A stretch of 64,000 nucleotides of DNA from an uncultured Oscillospiraceae bacterium (GCA_964518595.1 CAZFHA010000022.1:9-64008), one strand, 5' to 3'. Shown: positions 1-10,754, numbered from the stretch's first letter. Numbers and translations: made by a program. Notes: generated by a model from the sequence alone, not told the origin.

Positions 1-1273
1 CCTCACCAATTTGTTGGTGTTTGGTGTTTTCATTGTAAAAATACTCGATGGTAGGGAGGCCTTCGCCATTAGGATAGCCGGCTTCTGCCAGAAGTTCCTT
101 GGCTTTGGCCAGATTAGCCTCATAGGCTTCTGCAGTAGGATCGAAGAAGTCTCCACCTACATCACGGAACTGCTCCGGAGGATTGGCATCAAACATACCC
201 ACAGGAACAAAGGCTCCGGCTGGTGTCTCTTTCATTTTGGAAATGTTATCAATCAGGTATTGACGATCGATGGCTAAAGACAGAGCCTCACGGACTTTAA
301 CATTATCCAGAGGTGCCTTTTCCACATTAAAAGAAATATAGTAGTTGCCTAATTGAGGAACCAGATTAAATTCCGGACGATCTGACCAGGCATCAATCTC
401 ATCCTGTGGCATACTGTCAGCCAAGAGGATTTCGCCATTTTCAAAGGCGTTCAATAGTGCTACGTCATCTTCGATGAAGACAAACTTTATGCTATCGGGT
501 CCAAGGGCATCATAGTTCCAGTAATTTTCGTTTTTCACATAGGTTGCATGTGAACCGGTGGTGATTTCTGTGAGCTTATAAGGGCCATTACCAATGTAGG
601 TCTGAGGATCTAAAGTCCAATTCTCTGGATTGGCTTCGATAATATCCTGTCTTACCGGTGCAAAGGCAGGGAAGGCACAGAGCTCTAAAAAGTAAGGGGT
701 AATAGCTTTAAGCTTTACTTCCAAGGTTTTATCATCCTTGGCGGTAATATTTAGCTTACCTTCGTCATAGCCTTCAATATTAGCAAAGAGATACTCATAG
801 TCTGATGCTGTATCCGGGTTAATGGCGCGATTCCAGGCATAGACGAAATCTTTGGCAGTTAAAGGTTGGCCATCATTCCACTTCAAATCATCTCTCAGTG
901 TGAAGGTATAAGTAAGACTATCATCACTGATTTTGACTTCTTTGGCTTGAGCTGGTGCAGGAATACCCTCCTTATCAAGGGTATAGAGCCCTTCAAAAGC
1001 GTGAAGAATCATAGTTCCGGCATCCAGTGCAGTATTGAGTACCGGATCAATGGTGTCGGGAGAACCACCCACATTGACGACTAAGTCTTGGTTAGCGGCT
1101 AAGTTTCCTCCGGCTGTGGTTTCGGCACCGGTAGCATTGGTTGCCCCAGTGGCAGCGGTAGTTTCTCCCTTGGTTGTTGTGCTTCCTCCAGAGTTATTAC
1201 TTGGTGCACAGGCTGTAGCCAGAAGGGTAACAGACAGGCTTACAGCCAAAAACATGGCTAGTTTCTTTCGCAT
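1..1273 (-). CDS. oppA: Peptide ABC transporter substrate-binding lipoprotein (family 5 SBP); 3' end cut by the window edge
   Basis: Not in the ORF track because it runs off the window. Minus-strand translation from the ATG at 1273-1271 gives MRKKLAMFLAVSLSVTLLATACAPSNNSGG. That is a signal peptide, a lipobox (LLATAC) and an S/T/G linker, followed by an SBP_bac_5-like body (WNDGQPLTAKDFVYAW, GNGPYKL). AAAGGAGG lies 7 nt upstream. Confidence 0.85.
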   Translation of the reverse strand, partial: MRKKLAMFLAVSLSVTLLATACAPSNNSGGSTTTKGETTAATGATNATGAETTAGGNLAANQDLVVNVGGSPDTIDPVLNTALDAGTMILHAFEGLYTLDKEGIPAPAQAKEVKISDDSLTYTFTLRDDLKWNDGQPLTAKDFVYAWNRAINPDTASDYEYLFANIEGYDEGKLNITAKDDKTLEVKLKAITPYFLELCAFPAFAPVRQDIIEANPENWTLDPQTYIGNGPYKLTEITTGSHATYVKNENYWNYDALGPDSIKFVFIEDDVALLNAFENGEILLADSMPQDEIDAWSDRPEFNLVPQLGNYYISFNVEKAPLDNVKVREALSLAIDRQYLIDNISKMKETPAGAFVPVGMFDANPPEQFRDVGGDFFDPTAEAYEANLAKAKELLAEAGYPNGEGLPTIEYFYNENTKHQQIGE

Positions 1274-1332
1274 GATCAAACCTCCTTTAGGTTTATTTAT
1301 TTCAATCCGGATAACCGGAATGGAACCAAATT

Positions 1333-2307
1333 TTAGTTTTTCCCCACTCTGTCCAGATGATGGCAGGCTGCCCAATGACCGGAGCTAACCTCAATCAATT
1401 CCGGCTCAACTTCAGCGCAGCGGGCATCGGCATAGGGACAGCGGGTTCGGAAATTACAACCGGAGGGTGGGTTCAGGGGACTGGGTACGTCACCACTGAG
1501 GATGATTCTTTGTCTGGCACGATTCTCTTTAGGGTCAGGAATCGGAATAGCGGAAATCAAAGACCGGGTATAGGGGTGTACACTATGGAACGCCAGTTCG
1601 CTGCTTTCTGCCAGTTCTACCAGCTTACCTAAATACATGACCCCGATTCGGTCACTGATATGCTTTACTACAGAGAGATCGTGGGCAATGAACAGATAGG
1701 TCAGTCCCATTTCTGCCTGTAATTCTTCAAACATATTAATTACCTGAGCCTGAATGGAAACGTCCAGAGCAGAAATCGGCTCGTCACAAACAATAAATTC
1801 AGGGTCTACGGCTAGGGCCCTGGCAATGCCGATTCTTTGGCGCTGACCACCGGAAAACTCATGAGGGTAGCGGTTGGCATGCTCGCTATTTAAGCCCACC
1901 CGTTGTAGTAAGGCCGCGATCTTCTCTTGGCGGATTTTCTTATCCGCTGCCAAGTGATGAATATCTAAAGGCTCTCCCACAATATCGCCCACAGTCATGC
2001 GGGGATTAAGGGAAGCAAAGGGATCTTGAAAAACGATCTGCATTTTTTTGCGATATTCTTTCATGGGGACATGGGTGATGTCTTTGCCATCATAGATAAT
2101 CTGACCAGAAGTTGGCTCATAGAGACGTAGCAGGGTTCGACCGGTAGTGGTTTTACCGCAACCGGATTCACCCACCAGACCCAAAGTCTCCCCCTTGTTG
2201 ATATGAAAAGAAACATCATCAACGGCTTTGACAAATTTTGGCCGGAAGAGCTTATCACCCACACGAAAATATTGTTTTAAATTTTTTACTTCTACCAACT
2301 TAGTCAT
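1333..2307 (-). CDS. oppF: Oligopeptide/dipeptide ABC transporter ATP-binding protein
   Basis: Walker A GESGCGKTT, signature FSGGQRQR, Walker B FIVCDEP, and the C-terminal oligopeptide-type Cys-containing extension. I prefer the start MTKLVEV at 2307 (GGAGAG 7 nt upstream) over the ORF-track start at 2334. Confidence 0.9.
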   Translation of the reverse strand: MTKLVEVKNLKQYFRVGDKLFRPKFVKAVDDVSFHINKGETLGLVGESGCGKTTTGRTLLRLYEPTSGQIIYDGKDITHVPMKEYRKKMQIVFQDPFASLNPRMTVGDIVGEPLDIHHLAADKKIRQEKIAALLQRVGLNSEHANRYPHEFSGGQRQRIGIARALAVDPEFIVCDEPISALDVSIQAQVINMFEELQAEMGLTYLFIAHDLSVVKHISDRIGVMYLGKLVELAESSELAFHSVHPYTRSLISAIPIPDPKENRARQRIILSGDVPSPLNPPSGCNFRTRCPYADARCAEVEPELIEVSSGHWAACHHLDRVGKN

Positions 2308-3310
2308 GCGCATTCTCTCCTTGCCGCCCTTCAAATTCTTCTTTTTGGAGAAGCCAACAGGCGCTGTAATGATTCTCAGAGAGGTGAGTGTAGGGTGGCA
2401 TTTCTCGCAGACAGATTTTCATACAGCTTTGGCAACGGGGGGCAAAGGGACAGCCGGGGGGCGGATTAAGCATGTCTACCGGAGTTCCTTCAATAGGAAT
2501 AAGTTTCTCACCTTTTTCTTCCGTTAATTTTGGCAGACTATTCAATAATCCCTTGGTATATTCGTGAGAGGGTTGATAAAAAATTTCATCTACTAAACCA
2601 TACTCAACAATTTTACCGGCATACATAACGGCTATTTTTTGGCAAATAGAAGAGACGATACCCAGGTCATGGGTAATCATGATAATAGACATGCCAATTT
2701 TTTCTTTTAAGGTAACCATGAGTTCTAAAATTTGCGCTTGAATAGTTACATCTAAGGCTGTGGTTGGCTCATCAGCAATGAGGAGCTTAGGGTTACAGGA
2801 CAGTGCCATAGCGATCATGACCCGTTGGCGCATACCGCCGGAGAGTTCGTGGGGATACTGCTTTAGGCGCTGCTCCGGTTCGTTAATTCCTACCAGTGTA
2901 AGTAACTCTACAGCTCGCTTCCTGGCATCCTTTTTGCTTATAGTATTGTGTAGAAGGATTGCTTCACATAATTGGTTTCCGATACTAAAGACTGGGTTCA
3001 GAGAGGTCATGGGATCTTGGAAAATAATACTGACTTCCTTACCGCGAATCTTTAGGAGCTCTTTTTCAGAAAGTTTATCAATCTGATGGTCATTAAATAA
3101 AATTTGTCCGCCTACCAGACGACCGGGGCTGCTGATAAGACCCATGATGGAGTAGGAGGTGACAGATTTACCGCTGCCGGATTCGCCTACTATACCCAGA
3201 ATATCGCCTTCATACATAGTTAAGCTTACATCATTGATTGCCTTTACTTCTCCGGCCGGTGTAAAGAAAGATAATCGCTCGTTTTCGATCTTTAATAGAG
3301 GCTCACGCAT
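2300..3310 (-). CDS. oppD: Oligopeptide/dipeptide ABC transporter ATP-binding protein
   Basis: Walker A GESGSGKS, signature LSGGMRQR, Walker B LLIADEPTTALD. Its end overlaps the oppF start. Confidence 0.9.
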   Translation of the reverse strand: MREPLLKIENERLSFFTPAGEVKAINDVSLTMYEGDILGIVGESGSGKSVTSYSIMGLISSPGRLVGGQILFNDHQIDKLSEKELLKIRGKEVSIIFQDPMTSLNPVFSIGNQLCEAILLHNTISKKDARKRAVELLTLVGINEPEQRLKQYPHELSGGMRQRVMIAMALSCNPKLLIADEPTTALDVTIQAQILELMVTLKEKIGMSIIMITHDLGIVSSICQKIAVMYAGKIVEYGLVDEIFYQPSHEYTKGLLNSLPKLTEEKGEKLIPIEGTPVDMLNPPPGCPFAPRCQSCMKICLREMPPYTHLSENHYSACWLLQKEEFEGRQGENAHD

Positions 3311-3322
3311 ACTATATCTCCT

Positions 3323-4447
3323 TTACTCGTGCTTCATTTTGGGGTCAAAGGCATCACGTAGCCCATCACCTAGTAAGTTAAAAGACAAAATAATTAGACT
3401 GATCATCAGTGCCGGGGCAATCAAGCGGTGGGGATAAGAGGTAATCCCTTTGAGAGCCTCATTGGTAAGTAGACCCAAACTGGTCATGGGAGGCGTAACG
3501 CCAATACCCATAAAGCTCAGAAAGCTTTCCGTAAAGATGGCAGAGGGAATCTGCAGCGTAGTGGTAACAATAATAATTCCGATGCAGTTACGTAAGAGAT
3601 GTTTACGTATAATACGGCTGCTCTTGGCTCCCAAGGCTTTGGCCGCTGTAACAAATTCTTGCTCTTTCAGGGATAATATCTGACCCCGAATGATTCGTGC
3701 CATACCAACCCAGTACAACAAAATAAAGACGATAAATATAGATACCAAGGCGGGACCGATTTCGTTAATCCACTTGAAAGTGGGATTGCCGTCGGCCAAG
3801 GCTCGAAGGGGGGAGCGCAGAATTGTGGTGAGAAGAATGATAATCAGTAGGTCAGGTACGGTGTATATAATATCAATAATACGCATAATAATAAGATCAA
3901 CTACTCCACCGAAATAACCGGCGATAGCTCCTATGGTACTACCGATAATTAACACAATAACACTAGCTACAATACCGATAAGGAGAGAGACACGGCTGCC
4001 AATCATGACTCGAATGGCGGTGTCCCGGCCTAAATTATCTGTTCCCAGAATATGAGGCCAGACGAACTCGCCATTTTCCCGTTGCTCCATTTGCTTTTTC
4101 GATAGCTCCATGGGCGCCAGATTTTCGCTGCCGCGAATCTGTTGATCATAGGAATAAGGATAGAAATTGGGAACGATAAAGGAAACAATCATTATTAATA
4201 TGATCATAATTAAGGAGATCATGGCGATTACATTCCGCCGCAGACGTCTCATGCCGTCTCGAAAGAAATTCACACTTTCACGCATGGTTTCTTGTCTTTG
4301 CTTTTCAGCGGGGGTAGCCGGTAAAAAATCGGCTGCGGTTAAGGTTATTGTATTGCCTGTCTCGCTTTGACCCTCTGCTTTAGGCGTAGAAACAAAATTA
4401 TCTACGTCTACTTGCAGGCTAAAAGGTTTCTTGCTTTGCTTACTCAT
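3323..4447 (-). CDS. oppC: Oligopeptide ABC transporter permease with a long hydrophilic N-terminal extension
   Basis: BPD_transp_1-type permease with multiple TM segments and an EAA-like loop (AAKALGAKSSRIIRKHLLRN). About 70 residues of hydrophilic leader precede the first TM segment. Confidence 0.85.
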   Translation of the reverse strand: MSKQSKKPFSLQVDVDNFVSTPKAEGQSETGNTITLTAADFLPATPAEKQRQETMRESVNFFRDGMRRLRRNVIAMISLIMIILIMIVSFIVPNFYPYSYDQQIRGSENLAPMELSKKQMEQRENGEFVWPHILGTDNLGRDTAIRVMIGSRVSLLIGIVASVIVLIIGSTIGAIAGYFGGVVDLIIMRIIDIIYTVPDLLIIILLTTILRSPLRALADGNPTFKWINEIGPALVSIFIVFILLYWVGMARIIRGQILSLKEQEFVTAAKALGAKSSRIIRKHLLRNCIGIIIVTTTLQIPSAIFTESFLSFMGIGVTPPMTSLGLLTNEALKGITSYPHRLIAPALMISLIILSFNLLGDGLRDAFDPKMKHE

Positions 4448-4469
4448 ATATCACTACACCTATTTCTTC

Positions 4470-5387
4470 TTATTTAAAGCTAATTCTTGGATCGACAAAC
4501 TTATAGAGAATATCAATGACTAAGTTTAGCGTAATCAACAACCCGGCAAAGAAAATGGTAGTACCCATAACCATGGGATAATCACGCCCGACAATCGAGC
4601 TGATAAACTCACTTCCCAATCCTGGAATCGTGAATATTTTTTCTATTACAAAGCTTCCTGCCAGTGTGTAGGCTAAGAGTGGACCCAGATAGGTGACGAT
4701 GGGTAAAATCGCATTACGTAAAGCGTGCTTAAAAAGTCCAATGTGAGCAGGAACTCCCTTGGCTCTGGCGGTACGCATATAATCTTGACCTAAAACATCC
4801 AACATACTGGAGCGCATTAAGCGGGAAATATAGGCTGTGGGATAGAAAGCCAAAGCGATAACCGGCATAATATAATGAGCCGGTGAGGAAAGTCCGTAAC
4901 TGGGCAGCCAGCCTAGCCGGGCACTGAATATAACCATTAGAACAGTAGCAACTACGAAAGAAGGAATCGCAATACCCAAGGTGGAAACAACACTTATGAG
5001 TTTATCAAGCCAGCGACCACGCTTCAGTGCGGCATAGGCGCCCATGGGAATACCCAAGACTAAAGCCAAAACCACAGCTATTCCACCAATTTTAGCCGAG
5101 ACAGGAAATTTAGTGCTGATAATATTGTTAACACTCTGACCTCTTTGTTTTAAAGAGATACCTAAATCACCACGAACCAGCCTGCCCATATAACGAAAAT
5201 ACTGCACATGCAAAGGCTGATCCAAGCCATACTTTTCGTTCAGAGCTGCCAGGGTAGCCTCGGACGGGGCTTTTTCAGCAAGAAAGGGTCCTCCAGGAAT
5301 CAGATTCATTAAAAAGAAGGTTAAAGACGCTACAATAAACAAGGTAATTATTGCCAAGAAAATTCGTTTGATGATGTAGCCCAGCAA
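4470..5387 (-). CDS. oppB: Oligopeptide ABC transporter permease
   Basis: OppB-type permease (MRTARAKGVP EAA loop). The ORF track starts at the GTG at 5396. The TTG at 5387 (giving MLGYIIKRIF) sits 8 nt after AGAAAGGG and looks like the better start. Confidence 0.85.
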   Translation of the reverse strand: MLGYIIKRIFLAIITLFIVASLTFFLMNLIPGGPFLAEKAPSEATLAALNEKYGLDQPLHVQYFRYMGRLVRGDLGISLKQRGQSVNNIISTKFPVSAKIGGIAVVLALVLGIPMGAYAALKRGRWLDKLISVVSTLGIAIPSFVVATVLMVIFSARLGWLPSYGLSSPAHYIMPVIALAFYPTAYISRLMRSSMLDVLGQDYMRTARAKGVPAHIGLFKHALRNAILPIVTYLGPLLAYTLAGSFVIEKIFTIPGLGSEFISSIVGRDYPMVMGTTIFFAGLLITLNLVIDILYKFVDPRISFK

Positions 5388-5471
5388 TGCAGCCACCCTT
5401 TCTGGTTTTAAATTTATAATATCTGGAATAAGTTGATATTCATCGCTATACCAGAAGAATATATTACCAAC

Positions 5472-5500
5472 TTTATAACATATAGATGGGTAAACATCAA
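5472..5500 (-). promoter_or_regulatory. Candidate sigma-A promoter of the opp operon
   Basis: Minus strand reads TTGATG, a 17-nt spacer, then TATAAA, about 75 nt upstream of the oppB start. Confidence 0.4.
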
Positions 5501-5687
5501 GTAAATGTGTCGGCGCAGCCGGTTATTTCCAAGGAAATTGACAAGAAATTGTCTTTGAATGAAAGGAATGCCTGTATTTCTGGGGTAGACTTTTGTTTTG
5601 AGTTTGTGCAAAAAATACGCCAGAGAAGTTCGCCCAGTGCTTTTTTTAGAGAAATTTGTGATTAGCTGTCCTTGAAGGAGGATGAAC

Positions 5688-5731
5688 AAAAAAAAGATCT
5701 CGATTTCTTGCCTAAGCAAAAATCAAGATCT
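5688..5731 (-). terminator. Intrinsic terminator after tRNA-Trp
   Basis: 12-bp stem (AGAUCUUGAUUU/AAAUCGAGAUCU). The one non-Watson-Crick pair is a G.U only in the minus-strand RNA. A run of 8 U follows the stem. Confidence 0.75.
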
Positions 5732-5740
5732 TCTTCATAC

Positions 5741-5815
5741 TGGCAGGGGAGACGCGATTCGAACACGCAACCGACGGTTTTGGAGACCGTTGCTCTACCG
5801 TTGAGCCACTCCCCT
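5741..5815 (-). tRNA. trnW: tRNA-Trp (anticodon CCA), CCA end encoded
   Basis: Hand-folded cloverleaf. The acceptor stem is AGGGGAG/CTCCCCT, the anticodon arm is ACGGT-CTCCAAA-ACCGT, and the T loop is TTCGAAT. The 3' end is GCCA. Confidence 0.9.
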
Positions 5816-5871
5816 AAGAGTGTATTTACACTTCCTGCTTAACAGCCTGTCACAGAAATGAAACATCAACA

Positions 5872-5900
5872 AGTGTAATGTACTGTTTGCATCGTGTCAA
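5872..5900 (-). promoter_or_regulatory. Candidate promoter of tRNA-Trp
   Basis: Minus strand reads TTGACA, a 17-nt spacer, then TACACT, about 55 nt upstream of the mature tRNA 5' end. Confidence 0.45.
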
Positions 5901-5991
5901 GGAGAATGTTATCATTTCTTTAAAGATTTTACAAATTTTTTTGGTTGAACGGGGTTAATCCTTTCAGCCGATAAAGGGGAGGCCTGACAAT

Positions 5992-6792
5992 ATGCAATTC
6001 ACATTGATTGGAGCCGGTAATATGGGGCAAGCTATGCTTAAGGGGTTTATTGCCTCTAAAGTTCTTGCACCGGAAGAGGTTAGGGTGTGTGATTTAGATG
6101 CGGCTAAGGTTCTGGCCACAACCCAGAGTACTGGTTGTCAGGGGTTTACTGACCTCAGTCAGGCTGTTAAGGATGCGGATTATATTTTGCTGGCAGTGAA
6201 ACCTCAAGGTTTTGATCAGGTACTCTCATCAATTAAAGTAGATCTGAAAGCCGGAGCCGTGATATTGTCTGTGGCAGCGGCAGTTAAGCTGAAACGGATG
6301 CGGAATATAATTGGTGAAGGTTTTCCCTTGGTGCGGATTATGCCCAACACGCCAGCATTGGTGGGAGCAGGGGTTATGGCTGTATGTTTTGAACAGCTAG
6401 ATCAGAACAGACAAGAATTTATTCAGACTTTATTAGCCAGTGTCGGCAAGGTAGTTTCCTGCACAGAGAAACAGCTGGATGCCATTGGTTCGGTGAGTGG
6501 CACAGGGCCGGCCTTTGTCATGCTTTTTATTGAAGCTATGGCTGATGGCGCCGTGGCTTTGGGCATTGACAGGCAAACGGCACTGGAGATTGCCGCAATG
6601 ACTGTATACGGTTCGGGAAAGCTAGCTCTGGAAACAAAGACTCATCCGGCTATTTTGAAGGATATGGTTTGTTCTCCTGGAGGAACCACAATTCAAGGCG
6701 TAATGGCCTTGGAGAAGAATGGCTTAAGAAGTGCTGTTCAGGAAGCAATTTTAGCCGCAGATCGTAAGACTGGGCAAATGTCAGGAGAATAA
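5992..6792 (+). CDS. proC: Pyrroline-5-carboxylate reductase
   Basis: N-terminal Rossmann motif IGAGNMGQAM. The C-terminal P5CR dimerisation region reads VCSPGGTTIQGV. AAAGGGGAGG SD upstream. Confidence 0.9.
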   Translation: MQFTLIGAGNMGQAMLKGFIASKVLAPEEVRVCDLDAAKVLATTQSTGCQGFTDLSQAVKDADYILLAVKPQGFDQVLSSIKVDLKAGAVILSVAAAVKLKRMRNIIGEGFPLVRIMPNTPALVGAGVMAVCFEQLDQNRQEFIQTLLASVGKVVSCTEKQLDAIGSVSGTGPAFVMLFIEAMADGAVALGIDRQTALEIAAMTVYGSGKLALETKTHPAILKDMVCSPGGTTIQGVMALEKNGLRSAVQEAILAADRKTGQMSGE

Positions 6793-6798
6793 TTACGG

Positions 6799-7278
6799 GT
6801 GGTACAGAACATGCAAGTGGATATTTTTACAGATGGGGCTTGTTCCGGTAATCCAGGACCTGGGGGATGGGCAGCGATTTTGGTTGCCTTAGGCAAAGAA
6901 AAACCTATTTCCGGAGGGACAGCTTCTTCGACAAACAATCGCATGGAGCTTACCGCCGCCATAGAGGCTTTGAAATGCTTGAAAAGTTCATGTCAAGTTA
7001 ATTTGTACAGTGATAGTGCTTATTTGGTTAATGCCTTTAATCAGGGATGGTTAGTCTCTTGGAAAAGAAATGGTTGGAAAAATAGTGCTCGACAGACCGT
7101 CAGTAATCTGGATTTGTGGCAAGAACTCGATCGTTTATCTGGTATACACCAGATTACTTGGCATAAAGTAAAAGGACATTCTGACCACGAATATAACAAT
7201 CGTTGTGATGCGATGGCTGTGGCTGAAGTTAATCAGCTGAAGGGCCAGCTTCCCAAAGAAAAGAAGGACAAGGTGTAA
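6799..7278 (+). CDS. rnhA: Ribonuclease HI
   Basis: DIFTDGACSGNPGPGGWAAIL, TNNRMELTA and the H...N.R.D tail are typical RNase H1 motifs. The start is either the GTG at 6799 or the ATG at 6811. Confidence 0.85.
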   Translation: MVQNMQVDIFTDGACSGNPGPGGWAAILVALGKEKPISGGTASSTNNRMELTAAIEALKCLKSSCQVNLYSDSAYLVNAFNQGWLVSWKRNGWKNSARQTVSNLDLWQELDRLSGIHQITWHKVKGHSDHEYNNRCDAMAVAEVNQLKGQLPKEKKDKV

Positions 7279-7283
7279 GAGCT

Positions 7284-7916
7284 ATGGAGGATAATTATCA
7301 GGATAAGAATGGGAATAAAGGCGAAGGGCAGACACAGAATAATCCGCCTTTTCCGCCCCCAATTTTTTCCCAAGGGGAAGAGGATGCCTACGAAAAAATT
7401 CTTTCTCAGGAACGTCATTTTCAGGGACGAGTTTTTTCGGCTGATGTTCTTGAGGTGAGTTTGCCTGATGGTAGTCTGGGACGGCGGGAGATTGTCCGGC
7501 ATAATGGCGGAGCCGCTATTGTACCACTAGATAAGGACAACAATGTCTATATGGTGCGCCAATTCCGTATTCCCTTTGAGATGGTATTGTTAGAAATTCC
7601 GGCAGGGAAATTAGAAAAGGATGAAGATCCTGAGCTTTGCGCAAGTAGGGAACTTAAAGAAGAGACCGGTTTTTTAGCAGAAAAGATTGAAAGTCTTGGT
7701 AGTATTTTTCCTTCACCTGGGTATTGTGGGGAAGTTTTGCATTTGTTTCTGGCTACTGGATTAACAGCCGGTGAAATGGCGCTGGATGAAGGGGAATTTT
7801 TAACCGTTGAGAAGATACCCCTACAACGTTTGTTAGAAAAAATTGATCAAGGTCTGATTCGTGATGCCAAAACAGTGATCGCTCTTCTCAAAACAGCAAG
7901 GAGGCTGGGACTCTGA
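7284..7916 (+). CDS. nudF: ADP-ribose pyrophosphatase-type NUDIX hydrolase with a low-complexity N-terminal extension
   Basis: Nudix box [22 protein letters not shown]. About 40 residues of N/Q/G/P-rich sequence precede the conserved core. Confidence 0.8.
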   Translation: MEDNYQDKNGNKGEGQTQNNPPFPPPIFSQGEEDAYEKILSQERHFQGRVFSADVLEVSLPDGSLGRREIVRHNGGAAIVPLDKDNNVYMVRQFRIPFEMVLLEIPAGKLEKDEDPELCASRELKEETGFLAEKIESLGSIFPSPGYCGEVLHLFLATGLTAGEMALDEGEFLTVEKIPLQRLLEKIDQGLIRDAKTVIALLKTARRLGL

Positions 7917-10753
7917 TGGCAGCAAGACCGGTAAACCATCGACGTGAAGTAACGGGAGTTGTTTTCTTAACCTTTTCCTTAATTTTAGGTGCTGCTTATT
8001 ATTTGCCACCTGCCGCCACAGGCGCATTGGGCGACTTTTTAAGAAGCCTTGGAAAGGGTCTTCTTGGGGTGGGGGCCTATGGCGTTCCTTTACTGCTTTT
8101 TTATGCGTCGATAGATTTCTTCTTTGAAAAGCGGCAGGATGTGGCTCCGAGAAGAGTCATAAGTGTACTTTTTCTGCTTTTGGCTATTACAGCTGTCTTT
8201 CCTATCGCCACTGTGGAGCTGGAGCCCTTTTCACAGTTATGCCTTGATGCCACCCAAAATCAGCCCTTAGCAAGTAAGGCTTTCGCTGTTCTATGGCAGA
8301 CCGGGATAGATCCGGAAATTCTTCGCTCAGTACAGCCCGGTAGCGGCAGTCTCCTTACAGGGGGGATTATTGCCGGAGGGATCGCCTTGGGTATGACTTC
8401 TTTGGCAGCACGTACCGGTGCTTTGATCTTAATTTCAGCTTTCATGCTGGCGCAAATTATTTTGATTTTTAATATTTCCCTTACTCGTACTGCAGAGGTT
8501 ATTCGGGATACTACCAAGCGGGCTTCCGGGGCGCTACGTACCGGAGCAGGGAATTTACGTCAGTTTTCTGATAATTTGTCTCAGCGGCGCTATGAGTCTT
8601 CGGTTTTGCCCCCAGAAAGCGCTTTGGATGTTGTAGCTGAGACCTTACCTATAGAGGATTTACTGGCAGCATCAACCCACACTCATCCGGGATTTATCGA
8701 CTTAGAAGGTACTCCGACCCCTATGAATGATCCCTATAATCCTTATGATTTTGATTTGTCTGCGCCGGAAAAATTGCGGCCGACCCCACCGCCTGATCCT
8801 TTTATTACCTTAGAGGACCCGAAAGTACATACGGATTTTCTTCGCTCCAGTCAAGAACCTCTGCCAACGGCAGATGCTCATTTTGTTTCCAAAGTGCCAC
8901 GGTTCTTGCAGGGGGAACCAGAAGCAGTTATGGACATTGAAGTCAAAGTGAACGAATTAGAGCCGGGAGAAAATATTGCTGCAAGTTTACGGCGGATTAA
9001 TACCGATGGCCAGGCTTTACCAAGAAGTGGCACCGCGGAAGCCTCTTCTGCCTCTTTGACAGTGACTGTGAATGAGGAGATGGATTTTGAGATGGTGCCT
9101 TTTCAGCCGGAAATTGAGCCGTCTATTGAGGCGCCTTCCTCTGCAAATAGTTTGTTTGTGGAAGAGGAGGATATTGTCATTGTTAATAGCCCGGACAAGG
9201 CCGTTGAGAATCAGGCTGATTCTATTGAGGAGCCTTTGGTAAGAGACAGAGAGCCCCTTCAGGTACGAGTTACCCCTTCCCAGCTGTCTGCCGCTAATAA
9301 AGTTAGCTACCGCCCAGCCCCTCCAAGCCTACTAAAGCCAGAGCTCCAAGATGATTCAAACCGTTCTTCTAAGGCGGCACTTTTGGCTCAAGGTAAGAAA
9401 CTGGAAGATACACTGGCTAGTTTTGGTGTGGCTGCCAAGGTGATTAATGTTACCCATGGACCGGCTATAACTCGATTTGAGTTGACTCCCGGCCCAGGGA
9501 TAAAGGTTAGCCGTATTGTCAATTTGACCGACGATTTAGCCTTGGCTATGGCAGCGGTAGGCGTGCGTATCGAAGCTCCTATACCCGGAAAATCTGCGAT
9601 TGGTATAGAGATTCCTAATCAGGAAATTACGCCAGTAACTCTGCGTAGTCTTTTAGATACCCCGGCCTTCAAAAAGCATAGTTCGCCCTTAGTGGCAGCC
9701 TTGGGACGAGATATACCTGGGAATCCGATTTTCTGTGATCTGTCTAAGATGCCTCATCTCCTGATTGCAGGAGCGACCGGTTCCGGTAAGTCTGTTTGTA
9801 TTAACTCCATCCTCATCAGCATACTTTGTAAAGCCACTCCCGAAGAAGTAAAGCTGCTGATGATCGACCCTAAAGTGGTTGAGTTGTCCATTTATAATGG
9901 GATTCCTCATCTTTTAGCGCCTGTGGTTACCGATCCTAAAAAGGCAGCCAATACCTTAAATTGGGCGGTGGGAGAGATGACCCGACGCTATGGCTTTTTT
10001 GCTGAGTCTTCCGTGCGGGATTTTAGAGGCTACAATGAAGAATTGCGGCGGAGAAAAGAGCCGGAATTGCCGTTGATTTTGATTGTTATCGATGAATTAG
10101 CCGACTTAATGCAAGTGGCCTCAAAAGAAGTGGAAGAGTCAATTGCCCGGCTTACAGCCATGGCTCGGGCGGCGGGTATCCATCTGCTGATTGCTACGCA
10201 GCGCCCTTCGGTAGATGTTATTACCGGGGTTATTAAGGCTAATATACCTTCAAGAATAGCTTTTGCCGTCTCCTCTCAGGTGGACAGCCGGACAATTCTG
10301 GATATGGTTGGCGCGGAAAAGCTACTAGGCAAAGGCGATATGTTGTATTATCCTCAAAGTGCTGCCAAACCACAGCGTGGACAAGGAGCTTTTGTATCAG
10401 ACGGAGAGGTAGAAGCGGTTATTGAGTTCTGGAAACAGCAAAATGCTGATCCTTATGATCCTGATACGGCAGAAGCTATTATGTCGGCTACGGCAAAATC
10501 AACTCAGACTGCCGACAGCGGTGGTGACGAAGATGAACTTCTGCCTCAGGCTGTGGAGATTATTTTGCAGGCGGGTTGTGCTTCCGTTTCTATTTTGCAA
10601 CGGCGGATGAACATCGGTTACCCAAGAGCGGCACGATTAATTGATCGTATGCAAGATAAAGGCTATATTGGTGCTTTTGAAGGCAGTAAACCAAGAAAGT
10701 TATTACTATCTGAATCAGAGTGGCTTGAGATTAAGGCTAGGGGAGGATCATAA
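7916..10753 (+). CDS. ftsK: DNA translocase FtsK/SpoIIIE
   Basis: N-terminal TM segments and a long acidic/Pro-rich linker. The motor domain has Walker A GATGSGKS and [10 protein letters not shown]. The C-terminal gamma winged helix reads [19 protein letters not shown]. The start overlaps the nudF stop (TGATG). Confidence 0.92.
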   Translation: MAARPVNHRREVTGVVFLTFSLILGAAYYLPPAATGALGDFLRSLGKGLLGVGAYGVPLLLFYASIDFFFEKRQDVAPRRVISVLFLLLAITAVFPIATVELEPFSQLCLDATQNQPLASKAFAVLWQTGIDPEILRSVQPGSGSLLTGGIIAGGIALGMTSLAARTGALILISAFMLAQIILIFNISLTRTAEVIRDTTKRASGALRTGAGNLRQFSDNLSQRRYESSVLPPESALDVVAETLPIEDLLAASTHTHPGFIDLEGTPTPMNDPYNPYDFDLSAPEKLRPTPPPDPFITLEDPKVHTDFLRSSQEPLPTADAHFVSKVPRFLQGEPEAVMDIEVKVNELEPGENIAASLRRINTDGQALPRSGTAEASSASLTVTVNEEMDFEMVPFQPEIEPSIEAPSSANSLFVEEEDIVIVNSPDKAVENQADSIEEPLVRDREPLQVRVTPSQLSAANKVSYRPAPPSLLKPELQDDSNRSSKAALLAQGKKLEDTLASFGVAAKVINVTHGPAITRFELTPGPGIKVSRIVNLTDDLALAMAAVGVRIEAPIPGKSAIGIEIPNQEITPVTLRSLLDTPAFKKHSSPLVAALGRDIPGNPIFCDLSKMPHLLIAGATGSGKSVCINSILISILCKATPEEVKLLMIDPKVVELSIYNGIPHLLAPVVTDPKKAANTLNWAVGEMTRRYGFFAESSVRDFRGYNEELRRRKEPELPLILIVIDELADLMQVASKEVEESIARLTAMARAAGIHLLIATQRPSVDVITGVIKANIPSRIAFAVSSQVDSRTILDMVGAEKLLGKGDMLYYPQSAAKPQRGQGAFVSDGEVEAVIEFWKQQNADPYDPDTAEAIMSATAKSTQTADSGGDEDELLPQAVEIILQAGCASVSILQRRMNIGYPRAARLIDRMQDKGYIGAFEGSKPRKLLLSESEWLEIKARGGS

Positions 10754-10754
10754 G

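Noticed and set aside
1035-1632. Plus-strand ORFs (117 aa and 91 aa) over the oppA/oppF junction, and many similar 60-110-aa ORFs antisense to large genes throughout the track.
   Set aside because: All lie inside well-supported genes on the other strand or in another frame, and all lack an SD and motifs. They are typical shadow ORFs.
5414-5719. A 101-aa minus-strand ORF in the opp/tRNA-Trp spacer.
   Set aside because: It spans the tRNA terminator and the opp promoter region. It has no SD, and the sequence is low-complexity and hydrophobic with no recognisable motif.
5675-5745. AAGGAGG directly followed by an ATG on the + strand, opening a frame antisense to tRNA-Trp.
   Set aside because: The SD-to-ATG spacing is zero, and the frame runs through the tRNA terminator and the tRNA gene. 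It is most likely fortuitous.
10641-10754. Upstream extensions of ORF-track starts: folD 10641, recA 14702, acpP 18538, ffh 25385, yraN 31772, purB 33723, deoR 48238, cshA 49084, darA 57543, rsmI 61005, metG 61941.
   Set aside because: In each case an internal ATG preceded by a good SD coincides with the conserved family N terminus. The extension either overlaps the upstream gene or lies in the promoter.
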